NCBI GenBank assembly: GCA_004764695.1
Contig: SMSO01000033.1
Coordinates: 682,001-746,000, forward strand
Direction: 5' to 3'
Source: Schizochytrium sp. TIO01
Lineage: Eukaryota; Protista; Bigyra: Labyrinthulomycetes
DNA: 64,000 nt
The position numbers and the translations under genes are program-made. Position 1 is the stretch's first letter. Each line of letters starts with the position of its first letter. The notes beneath the pieces were generated by a model. That model was not told the DNA's origin. It saw only the letters and a list, made by a program, of their open reading frames with translations, and ran no database searches. Below are positions 1 through 11,500 of this stretch, piece after piece.

Positions 1-1588
1 ACGAAACATGGCTAGGCTGATGGTTTATAAGATTTCCGAGACGCTCTCCTGTTACACATTCTTCGTTTTCCTCGGGAGCTTCACCTTCACCTTGAGTCGC
101 AGGAACATAGGTTGACATGGGCATGGCATCATATTCGTTGATTTCTTCATCATCCTCGCTTCTCTCCCTTTCTTCGTCGAGCTCTCGCGCTTTTTGCTCT
201 CTATCTTGTTTTGTACGCCAATTCGTCTGATTCTTCATTTCCTCATCACTAGAGACCTCTTCATCTTCCGGATCATCAGGGAGGAACTGAGTAGCTTGCA
301 TCTCTGCTCGAGCAAGGGACTGGCGACCGGGGTTTGTAACAGGTCCACCAAGTGTTTCCGTGATTGCCTTGAAATTTTGGTCTTGAGATTCCTTCATTTC
401 TGTCATTAGAGCAGACATTCGGTCCATAAATGTTTGCATTTGCTGAGGATGCGCAGCTTGAACGTCCTTAGCGGTCCGAACGGCACGTTTAAGTTTTTTC
501 TCAAGTAGTTCGCTGTGCGCGGTAGATTCTTGCAACCTAGCTTTGAGTTTCCCATCTGCAGCCTGGCGTACGCGTTTCTTCTCCATTTCTAGCTGCTGGC
601 GCACCAACTTGAGGCTCAGTTCAAGAGACCCTTTGTCCTCACGAAGTCGCGTGAGTTCCTTTTCCTGACGTTCATTGTCTTCCACAAGCTTGTTTGCTCG
701 GTTTGCTTCCCTCGCAACCTGCGCTTCCAGCTCTGATGTTTTCTTTTGCATTTCACTTCGCAGTTCAAGTGCCATCATTTCTTTATCACTGTTCGCTTTC
801 GCGAGCGATTCTTGTGCCTCGCTGACCTCCCCACGCAATACTTCAATCCTCTTTTGCAGTGCCTCTTCAGACTCTGTCGCAATCTGAATTCGTTTCTGCT
901 CTGCTTGCAATTCCATCCTGACGTCTTCAAGTTCTTTGTCATATTCTGCCCGCAAAGCAGCTTCTGACGCCTCAAACTCTTTTCTCAGCTCTCGCATTTG
1001 CTCAATATACTTTGCATGTGCGTCTAAATCATTGGCATTGATCGGTGTCGCTGATCCTTCCGATTCCTTTTCTTTCGCTATAGCATTGGGAACCTTGGGC
1101 GTCGACGACTCATTAGAGCTTCTGCTAGAGTTTGTTCCAAGCCCAAGCTTTGCATTGTTGGGTTTCGTCGCGTGGTGTTGAGCAATTCTGCGTTCTTCGT
1201 CGCTCAAGGGTAGGAACTCGAATTGGTGAAGAACTTTGGCAGTCTCGTTTTTTGCGTGCATGGAGAGCACAATAGTATCACCTTTGCGCAGTGGACACCT
1301 TTTGCCTTTACCAACGCGTGAACGGTTGACCGAAGTGCCGTTCGTACTGGTGTCAAGCAATTCGTAGCGCTCACCTCCATGGTCGTCGGCGCGGATTCTA
1401 ACTATGGCGCAGTGTCTACCAGAGACAATGATTTCGCGGAGCACGAGCTGGCATTGGGAAGGGTCACGGCCAATCCAGAACTCATCGCGGGTCAGGGTTT
1501 CATCACCTTCGTCGTGGACCACTTCCCAGCTCTCATTTACAAGCGTGTGCCGTAGACGTGCCCACGCAACGCCTTCAGAGCTACTCAT
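1..1588 (-). CDS. FHA-domain protein with long coiled coil and acidic region (3' end beyond window)
   Basis: Manual translation from ATG at 1588: MSSSEGVAWARLRHTL...FWIGRDPSQCQLVLREIIVSGRHCAIVRI...YELLDTSTNGTSVN...LRKGDTIVL. This has the FHA signature GR...SxxH...NGT. An E/K/Q/R-rich coiled coil follows (~1020-400). The segments I translated (5' ~380 nt, last ~60 nt) are open in one frame. Its absence from the ORF track fits a frame with no stop inside the window. Confidence 0.9.
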   Translation of the reverse strand, partial: MSSSEGVAWARLRHTLVNESWEVVHDEGDETLTRDEFWIGRDPSQCQLVLREIIVSGRHCAIVRIRADDHGGERYELLDTSTNGTSVNRSRVGKGKRCPLRKGDTIVLSMHAKNETAKVLHQFEFLPLSDEERRIAQHHATKPNNAKLGLGTNSSRSSNESSTPKVPNAIAKEKESEGSATPINANDLDAHAKYIEQMRELRKEFEASEAALRAEYDKELEDVRMELQAEQKRIQIATESEEALQKRIEVLRGEVSEAQESLAKANSDKEMMALELRSEMQKKTSELEAQVAREANRANKLVEDNERQEKELTRLREDKGSLELSLKLVRQQLEMEKKRVRQAADGKLKARLQESTAHSELLEKKLKRAVRTAKDVQAAHPQQMQTFMDRMSALMTEMKESQDQNFKAITETLGGPVTNPGRQSLARAEMQATQFLPDDPEDEEVSSDEEMKNQTNWRTKQDREQKARELDEERERSEDDEEINEYDAMPMSTYVPATQGEGEAPEENEECVTGERLGNLINHQPSHVS

Positions 1589-2795
1589 GACGGTTGAGTA
1601 CAGCAACTCTGGCAACCGAAGATGGAGCGATGGTTAGGACGAAAGGGGAGTCCACCGGTTTTGCGGCTATGAACAGCCTGGCCTCAAAGTTTTGCCAGGG
1701 CCGCTATGCTGGTTGTGCCGCGGTTTCTGATTTGATTTTCTTGCGAAGTTTAGTTGTTCTGAAGAGAAACATTTTTCTAACCATCATTGTAAATAAACTG
1801 CTACGTATTGGATAGGAGGCAGTTAAGACTTGGGGAATGGTGAATTGAAGGGGACGAATTTATGGAATCGAATCGAGCATTGTCTGTGAGACCAGGCTGA
1901 GAAGAGCTTGGAAATTGAAATGCAAAGTGGAGTATAAGAACTGATGTAATCATTTGCGTCTTTCTCCTTTCTACAGGCCATAAATGGCTGTGAGGAGTGG
2001 TGTAATGAAACTGCCCCGCGCCAAGCTGTTAACCTTTGACACAGAAAGGCAAGAGTTTATCTTGGAAATATTCGATGGGACCATCACATGTAAGTGTCGG
2101 CGGGCCACATTGAAAAGATGCTTTACATGTCATTCGCTTCAGAGAAGGTCCCTCTGGCGGTTGTACGCCGAAATTTATATGTCGCCTTGCCACCCCAACA
2201 TGTTAACTTGTAACGTTCATAAAATGTGCCACGTTGAAGCTGCTTTTCCCAATGATGCTGAACACTTAGCTCGAAAATCCACGTGCATTTTGTTGCTCCA
2301 CAATCCCTCAGACTTTCTCGCTTCTGCTTTGAAGTTTGTGACTTATACTCTAAGGTCCGGCCTATTTGACCTCACTTAAGTTTAGTTGCGTAAAGTATTG
2401 TACTACTTGCTCTCCACATCTCTAGGTCGCTTCTGACCAGGCTTTTTAAAGAAGACTCAAGACCTGAAATGGGCCCAGACATATAATCGCGAAAGTCGTG
2501 TTTGCTCCTCTGCCGCGAGTACTACAACGACATCAGCAGAGAGAGCAAACGTTGGTCCACATGAATTGTTGGCACTGCTTTGAACTCAAAGTTCGTGACT
2601 TTACTTCATATATTTGGTCAGTCCTCCAGAGGTCCAAAGGCCGGAAGTAGATACAAATAAGACAACTGCACCGTGGAGCTTTAGTATTATACGAAGACAA
2701 GTTCTTGCTTCTTGGGGCAATCAGAGTTCTTGCCAACCAGCTGCTGCTAAGAGTTGGTGGACGCATTCAGCACACGCCTCCAGACTTCGAGCACG

Positions 2796-3371
2796 ATGGA
2801 TCAGGAGGAAACCAGAGATGCGACGGCAGCTTTGCAATCGTGCGAATGGTTCAATGAGCTGCTGGACTCTGGTGAAATGACTGAGCTGGAGAGGCCTTTT
2901 GAGGCTTTGGAAAAGAGCCACCATTTCGTCGCTGGGCGTAAAGCTCCGTTTAAGTTTAGGTACGCCGTATCAGAACCTGACATAAACGGGAAAAAGTCTG
3001 TAGTGGTTGCAGTATATTTTGGGCGCTTTGCTACAAACACATTTAAAATGGTCCATGGTGGCGCGGTATCGGCTGTCTTAGATTTTATTACTGCCATTTC
3101 AGGCGTGCTGGCGCTTGGAGCTTCGCCGGCATGTATGACAAGGTCTCTTGAAGTGAGGTTCCGCCAACCGACGCCTCTGGGCTGCGTCAGAATCAACTGC
3201 AATGCTAACTTTCTTGAGAATGGGGAGCTACTCAACACTTGCGATGTGATCGACGTTGAACGAGGAATTGTCACAGCTGTAGGCAAAGCTGTGCTTGTAG
3301 ACTTGGAGAAAAGAAAGCAACAAAGGTCTAGAGATGCAGAGCAAGATGGAACGCTTGTCAGCCAGCTATAA
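2796..3371 (+). CDS. Hotdog-fold acyl-CoA thioesterase (PaaI/THEM4-like)
   Basis: Track ORF 2754..3371, first ATG at 2796. VHGGAVSAVLD catalytic-helix motif followed by the MTRSLEVRFRQPTPLG strand typical of PaaI/THEM4 thioesterases. Confidence 0.85.
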   Translation: MDQEETRDATAALQSCEWFNELLDSGEMTELERPFEALEKSHHFVAGRKAPFKFRYAVSEPDINGKKSVVVAVYFGRFATNTFKMVHGGAVSAVLDFITAISGVLALGASPACMTRSLEVRFRQPTPLGCVRINCNANFLENGELLNTCDVIDVERGIVTAVGKAVLVDLEKRKQQRSRDAEQDGTLVSQL

Positions 3372-4150
3372 AGGACCATGAGGTTTTCTGCGTCAAGTAG
3401 GAAATAAAAGCGAAGTCCCACTATCAAGAGGCAATTCATTTTCCCCACATTGTGAAGATACACTAGGCTGCACAACATTTACTTCAGTAATTGCAAAATA
3501 TTAGGAATGTAAAAGACCAAAATCTTTACAAGTTTTTTGGGTCACTACCGACGTGCCATGTGTTTCTGAGAGTGAAGATGTATTCAAGAAAGCATTGCTA
3601 ACTTTACTTTATTTTATTTCTCCTATAGTAAGATTCTGAATCAACCTTTGGCGATTGGTTCATGTTTTTCTGTTACTCTTGGATTCATGTCTTCCCGGGC
3701 TTTGCTAGATGACATCATCAACTAATATTGAAGTCTTCATAGGGCAAATTCGGTTATTCCGCTATTTGTCATACCAAAAAATCGACTCAACTTATGGTGA
3801 GTCACGATCCCTCCCCATATTGCAATCTGATTTATTTTATCAAATAGATTGAGCCCATGCTGGTCATGTGTGCAAATTTGCTTACGTTGAGGACACCTGT
3901 TCTTTCTAAAGATAAATATCTTCGAAAGTGTTTAAATACTTACAAATGTATTGGTTAAACTAGCGAGCTCAAAGCATCTGAAAACAGAGTGAAAGTTCTC
4001 AAATGGACACATCGAATACATATATACATGACTGTAAGCACCAGTATTGTCAAAAAAAGGGATGGACAATAGCACGCTAATTTCATCTCCAACACAATGC
4101 CTTTGAGCAATAAAAAACAGTGTAAAAAACAGTGGTGCTGCTAAGTATTA

Positions 4151-7100
4151 ATGAGTAAGAATGATCAAACAATAGATAAAGCAGACCCGCAAATCATGTA
4201 CTCGTCGTTCTCAAGCGGCGAGAGGCCCTCTCGGGCCTCGCAAAGGCGCCTTTCCGCTGAGGTATGCGTCTCGGAGGACGCTCCTTCAGCGTCTGACTCA
4301 GGCCCACAGCGCGGAAGCGGAGGTGCTCGTAAAAGTGAAGGTGGAATTAGAAATGCCGATGTACCTGTTTGGACGGCGAAATCAACGCCGACGCTGACGA
4401 CGCCGACAGCTCCAGCAAAGGCTACAAGTAAGGACAAATGTGCTTCTGGAAAGTCTTCATCTAGGTACTCTCAATTCCGCATGCCAACTCCCTCTTCGGC
4501 GTCTTCCTTGCTGTCGTCAAAGTCAATGTCTTCACATCGCAGCCCCAAAACACCTTCAAGACTGGCTTCGGCATCTGCTTCTGCCTTGAATTCAGTGCCA
4601 GCACCACTTGCATTTTACGAAGAGGAGAATGATGATGGCGATGTCGAGGATACCTGCGAGTCCGGGGTGCAAGATGAAAGCTTGCTAAATGATGATTCAC
4701 ATTTACCTTTGCCTGGAACTCCTGAGCAGAGCTCTCGGACCTTTGGAGGTCTAACGCAAACACAGAGTCTGAGCTCTTCAGCATCAAAAATATCAGCTAA
4801 TCCTCTAGACTTGGGAAGTTTTGACAGTGGTTTTGATGCCGAGTTTCAGCGCCTCATGGAAGTCGTAAATCGCGATCAAACGGTATTGAAGGAGATGGAG
4901 ACTTTTCAGAAGTTGACTGCTCTTGTACATGATTTTCGTCATGCAGCTCTAGTATATGGAAAGGTAATAATCAGTGAAAAGCACCTACCTGTGGAGAAAA
5001 AGACCATTAAGCCAGTCGAAGTGGGTGGATACGCTGGTGGTGAGAAATATGTTGCAGGCAATATATTTTTCCGGTTTCCTATCGACGTACACGGGTTTTA
5101 TGGTGGTTCTGTAGAATTTGCAAGCAAAGAAGCAAACCACCAGATGAAAGGTCTGACAGCTCTTTTCAATGCTTCAGTGCCAGGTCTTTGCTTACCACTA
5201 CTTTGCGTTATTAAACATCGTGGATACAAACTTGTGGCAATGTCTGTGCTGCCAATACGTGGACAGGAGACTCTTTGTTATGGATCTAGTGATGGTGGAA
5301 TGAACATAGGAAATCGAGGTGGAGAGGATACACGCGCAGCTGCTCTCATGGAAAGAGCAGCGCGTGCACTCAACTTAGCTAAACATCCTGTGCGTGCACG
5401 TGCGCGACGAGGCTTCCGTCAAGAACCCGTTTGGCTGCATATGCCTTGCGACATGGAGGTTCATCGCTGCAAAATCCAGGATGTTGATAGGCACTATGTT
5501 GTTGACTTTGCCAGGTTATTCCCGGCCCAGCCGCCAGCCTCTATGTTAGAAAAACTAAGTACGCGTGGAAGCCCTTCTCGCGTAAAACATCATGTCGCAA
5601 CTTCAAATCATCTGGTTCATCGCTTGCGCCCAGAGCTAGTGCAGGCGTCTACAACACCATTGTCAAGTGATGCATTCTCGAACTTTTCATCTCGTGTGGA
5701 ACCTGATGATAAGTTTGACCGCGATGCTTTGCATGCAGTAGAGCGAATGTTTACTCATTCGATTAATGAACTTGTTCTACAGCTTGAATCAGGCCTTGAC
5801 CTTTCAAAACCAATATATCAGCGTGCAAGCTCTCGCCGGGTTGTAGAGCTTTTCCACCGCCACGGCGTAAATATGCGATTTCTAGGTGTTGTGTGTGCAC
5901 GAGCTCAAGGTAAACCTACTTTGCAGAGAGAACTTTTACTTGAAAGCGCGGCCCGTGTCATTAAGCTATTAGTTCGCGGTGCACAACGTGGTGTTCAATG
6001 TGATGTGCGAACCGCTGTGGTGACACCATATTTGTCGGCCGTACGGGAGCTTCTCAATCAGGTGTTTGGCATAACCACGTGTACACAATCTAAATCTACT
6101 CACATGGTGCAATCAGCAGAAGTGCCAATGTGCTCTTGTACGACGCCGGATTTTTTGTCAAGTCGGCCTAGTTTCTCAGAGTCACTACATACATTTCCTT
6201 CGCTCTTGAAAACACTTACACAGGATGCTAGTGAGCGTGAGCGCGTCGAAGAAGGTCGAGAGCTAATGGATCGTCGTAATTTTTGGTGTAAAAAGCTTCC
6301 ATTACTTCTTCAAGACCGATTTATGTTTCTCCTGGAGGGATCAGGTGGCATTCGTGCAGCTCTCGAGAGTATTGATGTAGCATATTTTGGGACTCCAGAC
6401 AACACCAGGAGAACACGATGTTCGTGCTGCAATTGCCTCTGGAAGCGATGTATAAATCCAGCTGAGCTTTTCATCCGTGTGCAGCAAATGTGCGGCATTT
6501 CTATTACATCAAGCTGCCAAGAAGCTGTCATGGACGCCCTTGTCGCCCCACTTGGAACAGTCGGAGTTCCGTCAAGTCACTACAGCAGCTTCCGCACTGT
6601 AACAAGTCCCTCGGGAGCAAGTTTGCCACAGTTTTTATCTGTACCAAGGCGGACTACGTCAGAGGTATCTTTATCATCTTTGGGAACACTTCATTCCTCA
6701 AATTCTTCAGGTGTTTATTCAACATTTGCTTCGAAGAGTAAAGGTGAAAACAATATAGATTCTGTAGGAGGCGTGCCGAGTCCAAGTGTGTCTTATGAGT
6801 CGAATTCCATGCCTTCGAATGATTTTCACACTCATGGATTAATGTCTAGAACCCTAGAATTTACTAAGAGTGGACGGAGCTGCTTTGATTGGCTTGAACC
6901 CTTCGAAGGAAGTGATTTAGTTGATGTTGAGGGCTCTGTGCACCTCTTGCCAATCATGCAATATGCTGAGGGTACGGAGTTATTCATTCGCGCTCGGGCC
7001 AAGCTTGGTCATGGCAAACGAAAGGAGGCTTATCGTCTTTCGAACTTAGCAGGCCAAGTTTTCAATGCTGGCTTAAGCGTAAACCCTTCTGACGTTCGAC

Positions 7101-8596
7101 TGCTGTGTAATCGTGGGTTTCTTTTGAATTACTTTTTTGAAGCATTTGGTGAAGGTGAGCGTGGTATGGGAAATGCAGACTTTTTACATTCTCTACAGAG
7201 TAATCGGAAACATGCTCGTTCCTGGTACTATGTGGGTAAAGAACTTTATACATACTGGCTAAACGATGGGCATCGTGTGTCAAGTATGTGCGAAGATCAT
7301 CTATTGGCGCTACGGGCTGTGCTTGTTATTGAGGAGGACAAGCTAGTTCCAATGAATGTTTTATTTTGTCATCAGAATGTATCACAAGGTGTAGTTCGCG
7401 ATGCGAGCTCACGAGTTTTGGTTCAATACGTAGATTATTGTTTCCGTCAAGCACTTGAAGCTGATAAAGGCCTGATCAATTGCGTGAAGGACTACGCAAA
7501 CTTTAGATTTCACACACTTGGTGACCTCGCTGGGGCAGAGGCACTCTATCTGAGAGCACTCGACGAAGATCCTGAGCATGGTCGAACTCTTCAAAATTTG
7601 GCGCAACTTTATCGTAAGCGTGGAGAATTTGATAAGGCTATTGAAACCATGCTACGAAATCTCGATGTTGACCCAGAAAACCCCCTTATTCATTTAGACC
7701 TTGCAAATTGTATTCTACAAGCTTTTGTTGAAAATCGTAAGGAATCGTTCCCTGATAATATTCAAACCTTCAAACACGAAGCTTTTTTGAGCGCAAAAGT
7801 TTTAAAGCGAATGCGTCCAGGTCTAGCAATGCGTTATGTTGGGCGACCCGAAGAGATTGCAAGCGTTTTGTCTCGTGCCTTTAAATATGTTCATGACGCC
7901 TGTGCCCTTTTCCAATCGCACATGAATCATGATCTTTTACGGGGGCACACCCGAGGTCGGTGTTTTCATGCAGATGATCCGGATGTCCATGCTGCATTAT
8001 CAATGCGCGCGTCGAAAATCTTTGTTCGCATTGGTCAAATGAGTTATTCGTGTGTTTTATCTCTTAAAGATAACACTAGTCGGAACTCTTTCCTTCATGA
8101 CTCATGGACCTGCTTCGAGTGGGCCATCCGTATTATTGAGGTAGATGCCTTCTATGCAGAAGCTTGTACTATGCAAGGTGATTTGCAAAATGGGTTCTCA
8201 AGTAATTCATCAGAGGAGGATGGGGGTTCAATTAATCAGTCTCTTTTAGCAGATCGCGATGACGCCTCGATGTTTCCTACAGATGCTGCGAAGAAACTAT
8301 TTTATCGTCTAAGATCTCAACTTGGTCTATCTCATGGAGCATACGGACGTTGTCTGGTGTGGAGTGTGGATGACAGCATTCCGTTCCGAACATCCTGGAG
8401 ACCAGGCGAGCTTTCCAGTGTGGAGCACGAAAAGCATGGAGAATCTTTACGTGTCTCTTCGGAGATTACTTCAGAACAAGTGTATACACTAGAGCGTGCA
8501 TTTGAACATTTTCATTGTGCCTTCAGGCTGGACAAGAGAAGTCAATCTTTAGCGCGAATGAACTTAGCAAGCTTCAGATATTATCTTCTAGGATAG
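4151..8596 (+). CDS. Clu (clustered mitochondria)-domain protein with CLU-central region and C-terminal TPRs
   Basis: 1481-aa intronless ORF with a Ser-rich disordered N-terminus. Clu-type motifs GGEKY, HRGYKLVAMSVLPI, YGSSDGG, YVVDFARLFP, RLRPELV, LSSDAFSNF (~4840-5740). CLU-central-like HRHGVNMRFLG (~5855). TPR-like repeats AEALYLRALDEDPEHGRTLQNLAQLY / AIETMLRNLDVDPENPLIHLDLAN (~7430-7720). Confidence 0.85.
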   Translation: MSKNDQTIDKADPQIMYSSFSSGERPSRASQRRLSAEVCVSEDAPSASDSGPQRGSGGARKSEGGIRNADVPVWTAKSTPTLTTPTAPAKATSKDKCASGKSSSRYSQFRMPTPSSASSLLSSKSMSSHRSPKTPSRLASASASALNSVPAPLAFYEEENDDGDVEDTCESGVQDESLLNDDSHLPLPGTPEQSSRTFGGLTQTQSLSSSASKISANPLDLGSFDSGFDAEFQRLMEVVNRDQTVLKEMETFQKLTALVHDFRHAALVYGKVIISEKHLPVEKKTIKPVEVGGYAGGEKYVAGNIFFRFPIDVHGFYGGSVEFASKEANHQMKGLTALFNASVPGLCLPLLCVIKHRGYKLVAMSVLPIRGQETLCYGSSDGGMNIGNRGGEDTRAAALMERAARALNLAKHPVRARARRGFRQEPVWLHMPCDMEVHRCKIQDVDRHYVVDFARLFPAQPPASMLEKLSTRGSPSRVKHHVATSNHLVHRLRPELVQASTTPLSSDAFSNFSSRVEPDDKFDRDALHAVERMFTHSINELVLQLESGLDLSKPIYQRASSRRVVELFHRHGVNMRFLGVVCARAQGKPTLQRELLLESAARVIKLLVRGAQRGVQCDVRTAVVTPYLSAVRELLNQVFGITTCTQSKSTHMVQSAEVPMCSCTTPDFLSSRPSFSESLHTFPSLLKTLTQDASERERVEEGRELMDRRNFWCKKLPLLLQDRFMFLLEGSGGIRAALESIDVAYFGTPDNTRRTRCSCCNCLWKRCINPAELFIRVQQMCGISITSSCQEAVMDALVAPLGTVGVPSSHYSSFRTVTSPSGASLPQFLSVPRRTTSEVSLSSLGTLHSSNSSGVYSTFASKSKGENNIDSVGGVPSPSVSYESNSMPSNDFHTHGLMSRTLEFTKSGRSCFDWLEPFEGSDLVDVEGSVHLLPIMQYAEGTELFIRARAKLGHGKRKEAYRLSNLAGQVFNAGLSVNPSDVRLLCNRGFLLNYFFEAFGEGERGMGNADFLHSLQSNRKHARSWYYVGKELYTYWLNDGHRVSSMCEDHLLALRAVLVIEEDKLVPMNVLFCHQNVSQGVVRDASSRVLVQYVDYCFRQALEADKGLINCVKDYANFRFHTLGDLAGAEALYLRALDEDPEHGRTLQNLAQLYRKRGEFDKAIETMLRNLDVDPENPLIHLDLANCILQAFVENRKESFPDNIQTFKHEAFLSAKVLKRMRPGLAMRYVGRPEEIASVLSRAFKYVHDACALFQSHMNHDLLRGHTRGRCFHADDPDVHAALSMRASKIFVRIGQMSYSCVLSLKDNTSRNSFLHDSWTCFEWAIRIIEVDAFYAEACTMQGDLQNGFSSNSSEEDGGSINQSLLADRDDASMFPTDAAKKLFYRLRSQLGLSHGAYGRCLVWSVDDSIPFRTSWRPGELSSVEHEKHGESLRVSSEITSEQVYTLERAFEHFHCAFRLDKRSQSLARMNLASFRYYLLG

Positions 8597-11500
8597 TCAA
8601 GAAAACGATGTATTATATTTTAAATATTCTTTGTTCTTTATTTACCAATACTCATTATAGCGAAACTCGGCTTTTGTATACCTTCTACCCTCTGATTCAA
8701 TTTGCTTTGGTGAAGCCGTTTACTAAATAGAGCTGCGGCTTCTCGTTCCTCATTAGTTTCTGAATTCCACTCTTGATCTAATTTGAATGTAATGCGATAT
8801 AGAAACGATATTTGGCCGACCGTGTTAATATGCGCAACATTTCATTTTGAACAGTGGCTAAATGGGCCGTCCGATGTAGACCACCGATAAGTAGTCTAGA
8901 AGCCAACAAATGGTACCCAAACCATGTGGAAAAAAATAACCATACATAATCATAATGATACTCCGGGTTAGGATGTGAATTTATTTTAGAGGTTTCCTTC
9001 GTGAAACGAAGCCAGACACTGCTAATAAATACACACGTAGCTATGCCTTCGTACGGCGTCACTGTTTGGTACCCTGTAGTCAGATTTTAGTAAAATAAAA
9101 TTGTGTAAAAACAAATTGAAAAAAAAGAATCCAGCATTGAAAACTTTGTTTGAAGAAGAAACCGAAAGCCTCGTGAGTCATGAATGATTTACCACTGATG
9201 CCCCCGTGGGCTTTCCTTTAAATCCCTCCCGCCATTCGTTCGTCATAAGTTTCTTTGTAGTCACTAAATAGGTAACTAAATATACCTATTGCATCGGTGA
9301 AAGTATAATTCCAGGTCACCCACTCTGAGGCACTGTTTTATCAGAAATAGTAGTCGCTTTGATATATTTCTGGGCCAAATGTAGAACAACCGTCATAGAA
9401 GTCATAGAACTCCTAGAGGAGTCTTTGCGATAAGATTTTCTTTATTCTTTATTTTTTTCTCGGGCTGGGGTTCAATTGCCTGGCAAAATCTCGAACGCGT
9501 GCCGCTTCTGCAATAGTTTTGTCGAACAACGACCTATCGTTTATGCGGCCTCGCCTTTCAAATCGCTCATTCCTCAAGTTGGCCCACAATAAATGATAGT
9601 AGTTTAGTCCAAATACATTCTTTCAACAGCCCAAAGGTATTCTGCAAACGGTGAATTTTCAGGTGGTCGAGCATTTATAAAAGCTGGCAAGCGCTAAGGT
9701 GAATTGGAGAATTTCGAGGAATTCGAAGAGCCAGTGTCTACCATTTGCTGTTCTTCGAGTTTTCTTTCTGCTGCAGCTCCTCGGCATTATCAGCTTCAAC
9801 ACCAGACTCGAACGAGCATGCTAAGATGTCGAACTCAACCCCCCTATACTTCTCACCGAGTTTCCGACTGGTTGGTTTCTAGTTCTCGCTCGCGGAGTCA
9901 GCTGCCGAGCTTAGTGCCAGAACCAATTGAATTCTCTTATAATGAAAGAATCATGTTTAGATAGAAGGATTTACATACGTATAACTACACTTCGTTTGTT
10001 TCCATTAGAGTACTAGTTTAAATGTGTTTTTTCAATCTTTTTTCAAGGTTAAAAACAAACAAAAGCAACTAGTAGCCACATAAAAGTAGAAGTCTGCTAA
10101 GCTTTCCGTTAGGCCTTCAAAAACAGCAACCCCGGAAAAAAACACTTTCGTTGGCGATTCGATTTGCGCGACCTCGATTCGCGTGGCTAAGAGGTTCGGT
10201 CCGAACGAATATAAACTTGACAGGCCTGTCTGTACCTAGTCGACTGTTCAGAGTGCCATGCTGACGCGAAAGTTTGCGCTAGGGCTGCTCTGTTTGAGGG
10301 TCTCAAAAATACGTGGATGAGAACAAATTCATTTTGCCAAAATGAAGGTTCTTCAACATTGGCCTACCTGCTATTCTTGGAAATAATAATAATAATAAAC
10401 AGCATTGTTTATTCATAAACATAAAAATATAAAAAAATAAAAACACGAAAGAGAGAAAACTAGAACCAGAGGCCTCTCTCTAGCTATTGAACTCGTATAT
10501 GCTCTCTTACTCTAAGTAATATACAAGTACCTATTAAAAAAGACAAAGAAAAAACACTAAACAAAAAAAAGTTGTAAAAATAAGGGCACCCACGTACTTG
10601 AGTGAAACTTACTTCCAGCCAGAAGAGCATGCATGTAGAGGAAACTTTTCTGGCACTCTTTTTTCAAAGTATTAAAAAAAAATTCGATCATGTCTTTCAG
10701 CTCAACGCTCCATCAGATAAACTTAGAAGCCACTCAAGCCCCGATCGATTGTTTTTTAAAAGGTCAAAGTAAAATAAATGAATAACAACTAGACCTTTCG
10801 TTTTTATTATAAGAACATACTTACAAATTTTATTTTTATAGTTTATATATTATAACTGAAAAGAAAAGCATCTTATTTATTCATAAGAGTGACGATTTTA
10901 AAAATTAAAAATTAAAATTAAAAATTAGAAAAAATAAAAACTTATAGCTACTACTAGTTTTTGAGGATAAATGAAAGCGCGACCTGGAGAACTTTATTGG
11001 GGCCTAGTGGCCAACGTGATGCATTATGTCACGCGATACAGTAGAAGATAAAATAATAGAATATTTGGCCACAGAGGAAGCCACTTTAATTAAATTACTG
11101 AATGTAGAGCTACACAAAAACTTTCTAGGTACCTATTCTGGAATCAAACAATATAAATGCTAATGCATACTCGTAAACAGTGTCTTTTACATCATCGTAT
11201 CTGGTACGTATGTTATCAACATTGATTTAATTTCAAAGAGTCTAGTGCCTATAGTTCTCTTCTTTAAGTTCTAAGAAAGAACAAGAACAATGGAAGAGCA
11301 CATTTAAAAATTATAGACTGCCGCGCTTTATGCTATTATCAGGCTTAGGTAGCGTGGCAAAATCGCAAGAATGTTGTTTTTGTGAATTTCTTGATTTTCC
11401 CGGACACCATAGTTTCACATTCAGAAGCCGAGACCAGGATTTCTTCAACTCCAAAAAAATGTAGAAGTTCAAATGCATTGCAGAACTTCGGCTTCTCTTT

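Noticed and set aside
194-1815. Several short plus-strand ORFs
   Set aside because: Mostly antisense shadows of the minus-strand FHA/coiled-coil CDS; no recognisable motifs.
2590-2655. Possible SECIS (GTGA-CTTTACTTC...GAAGTAGA)
   Set aside because: No correctly spaced apical AA and the loop is too long for a canonical SECIS.
2801-3478. 225-aa minus-strand ORF
   Set aside because: Antisense to the thioesterase, non-ATG start, no motif.
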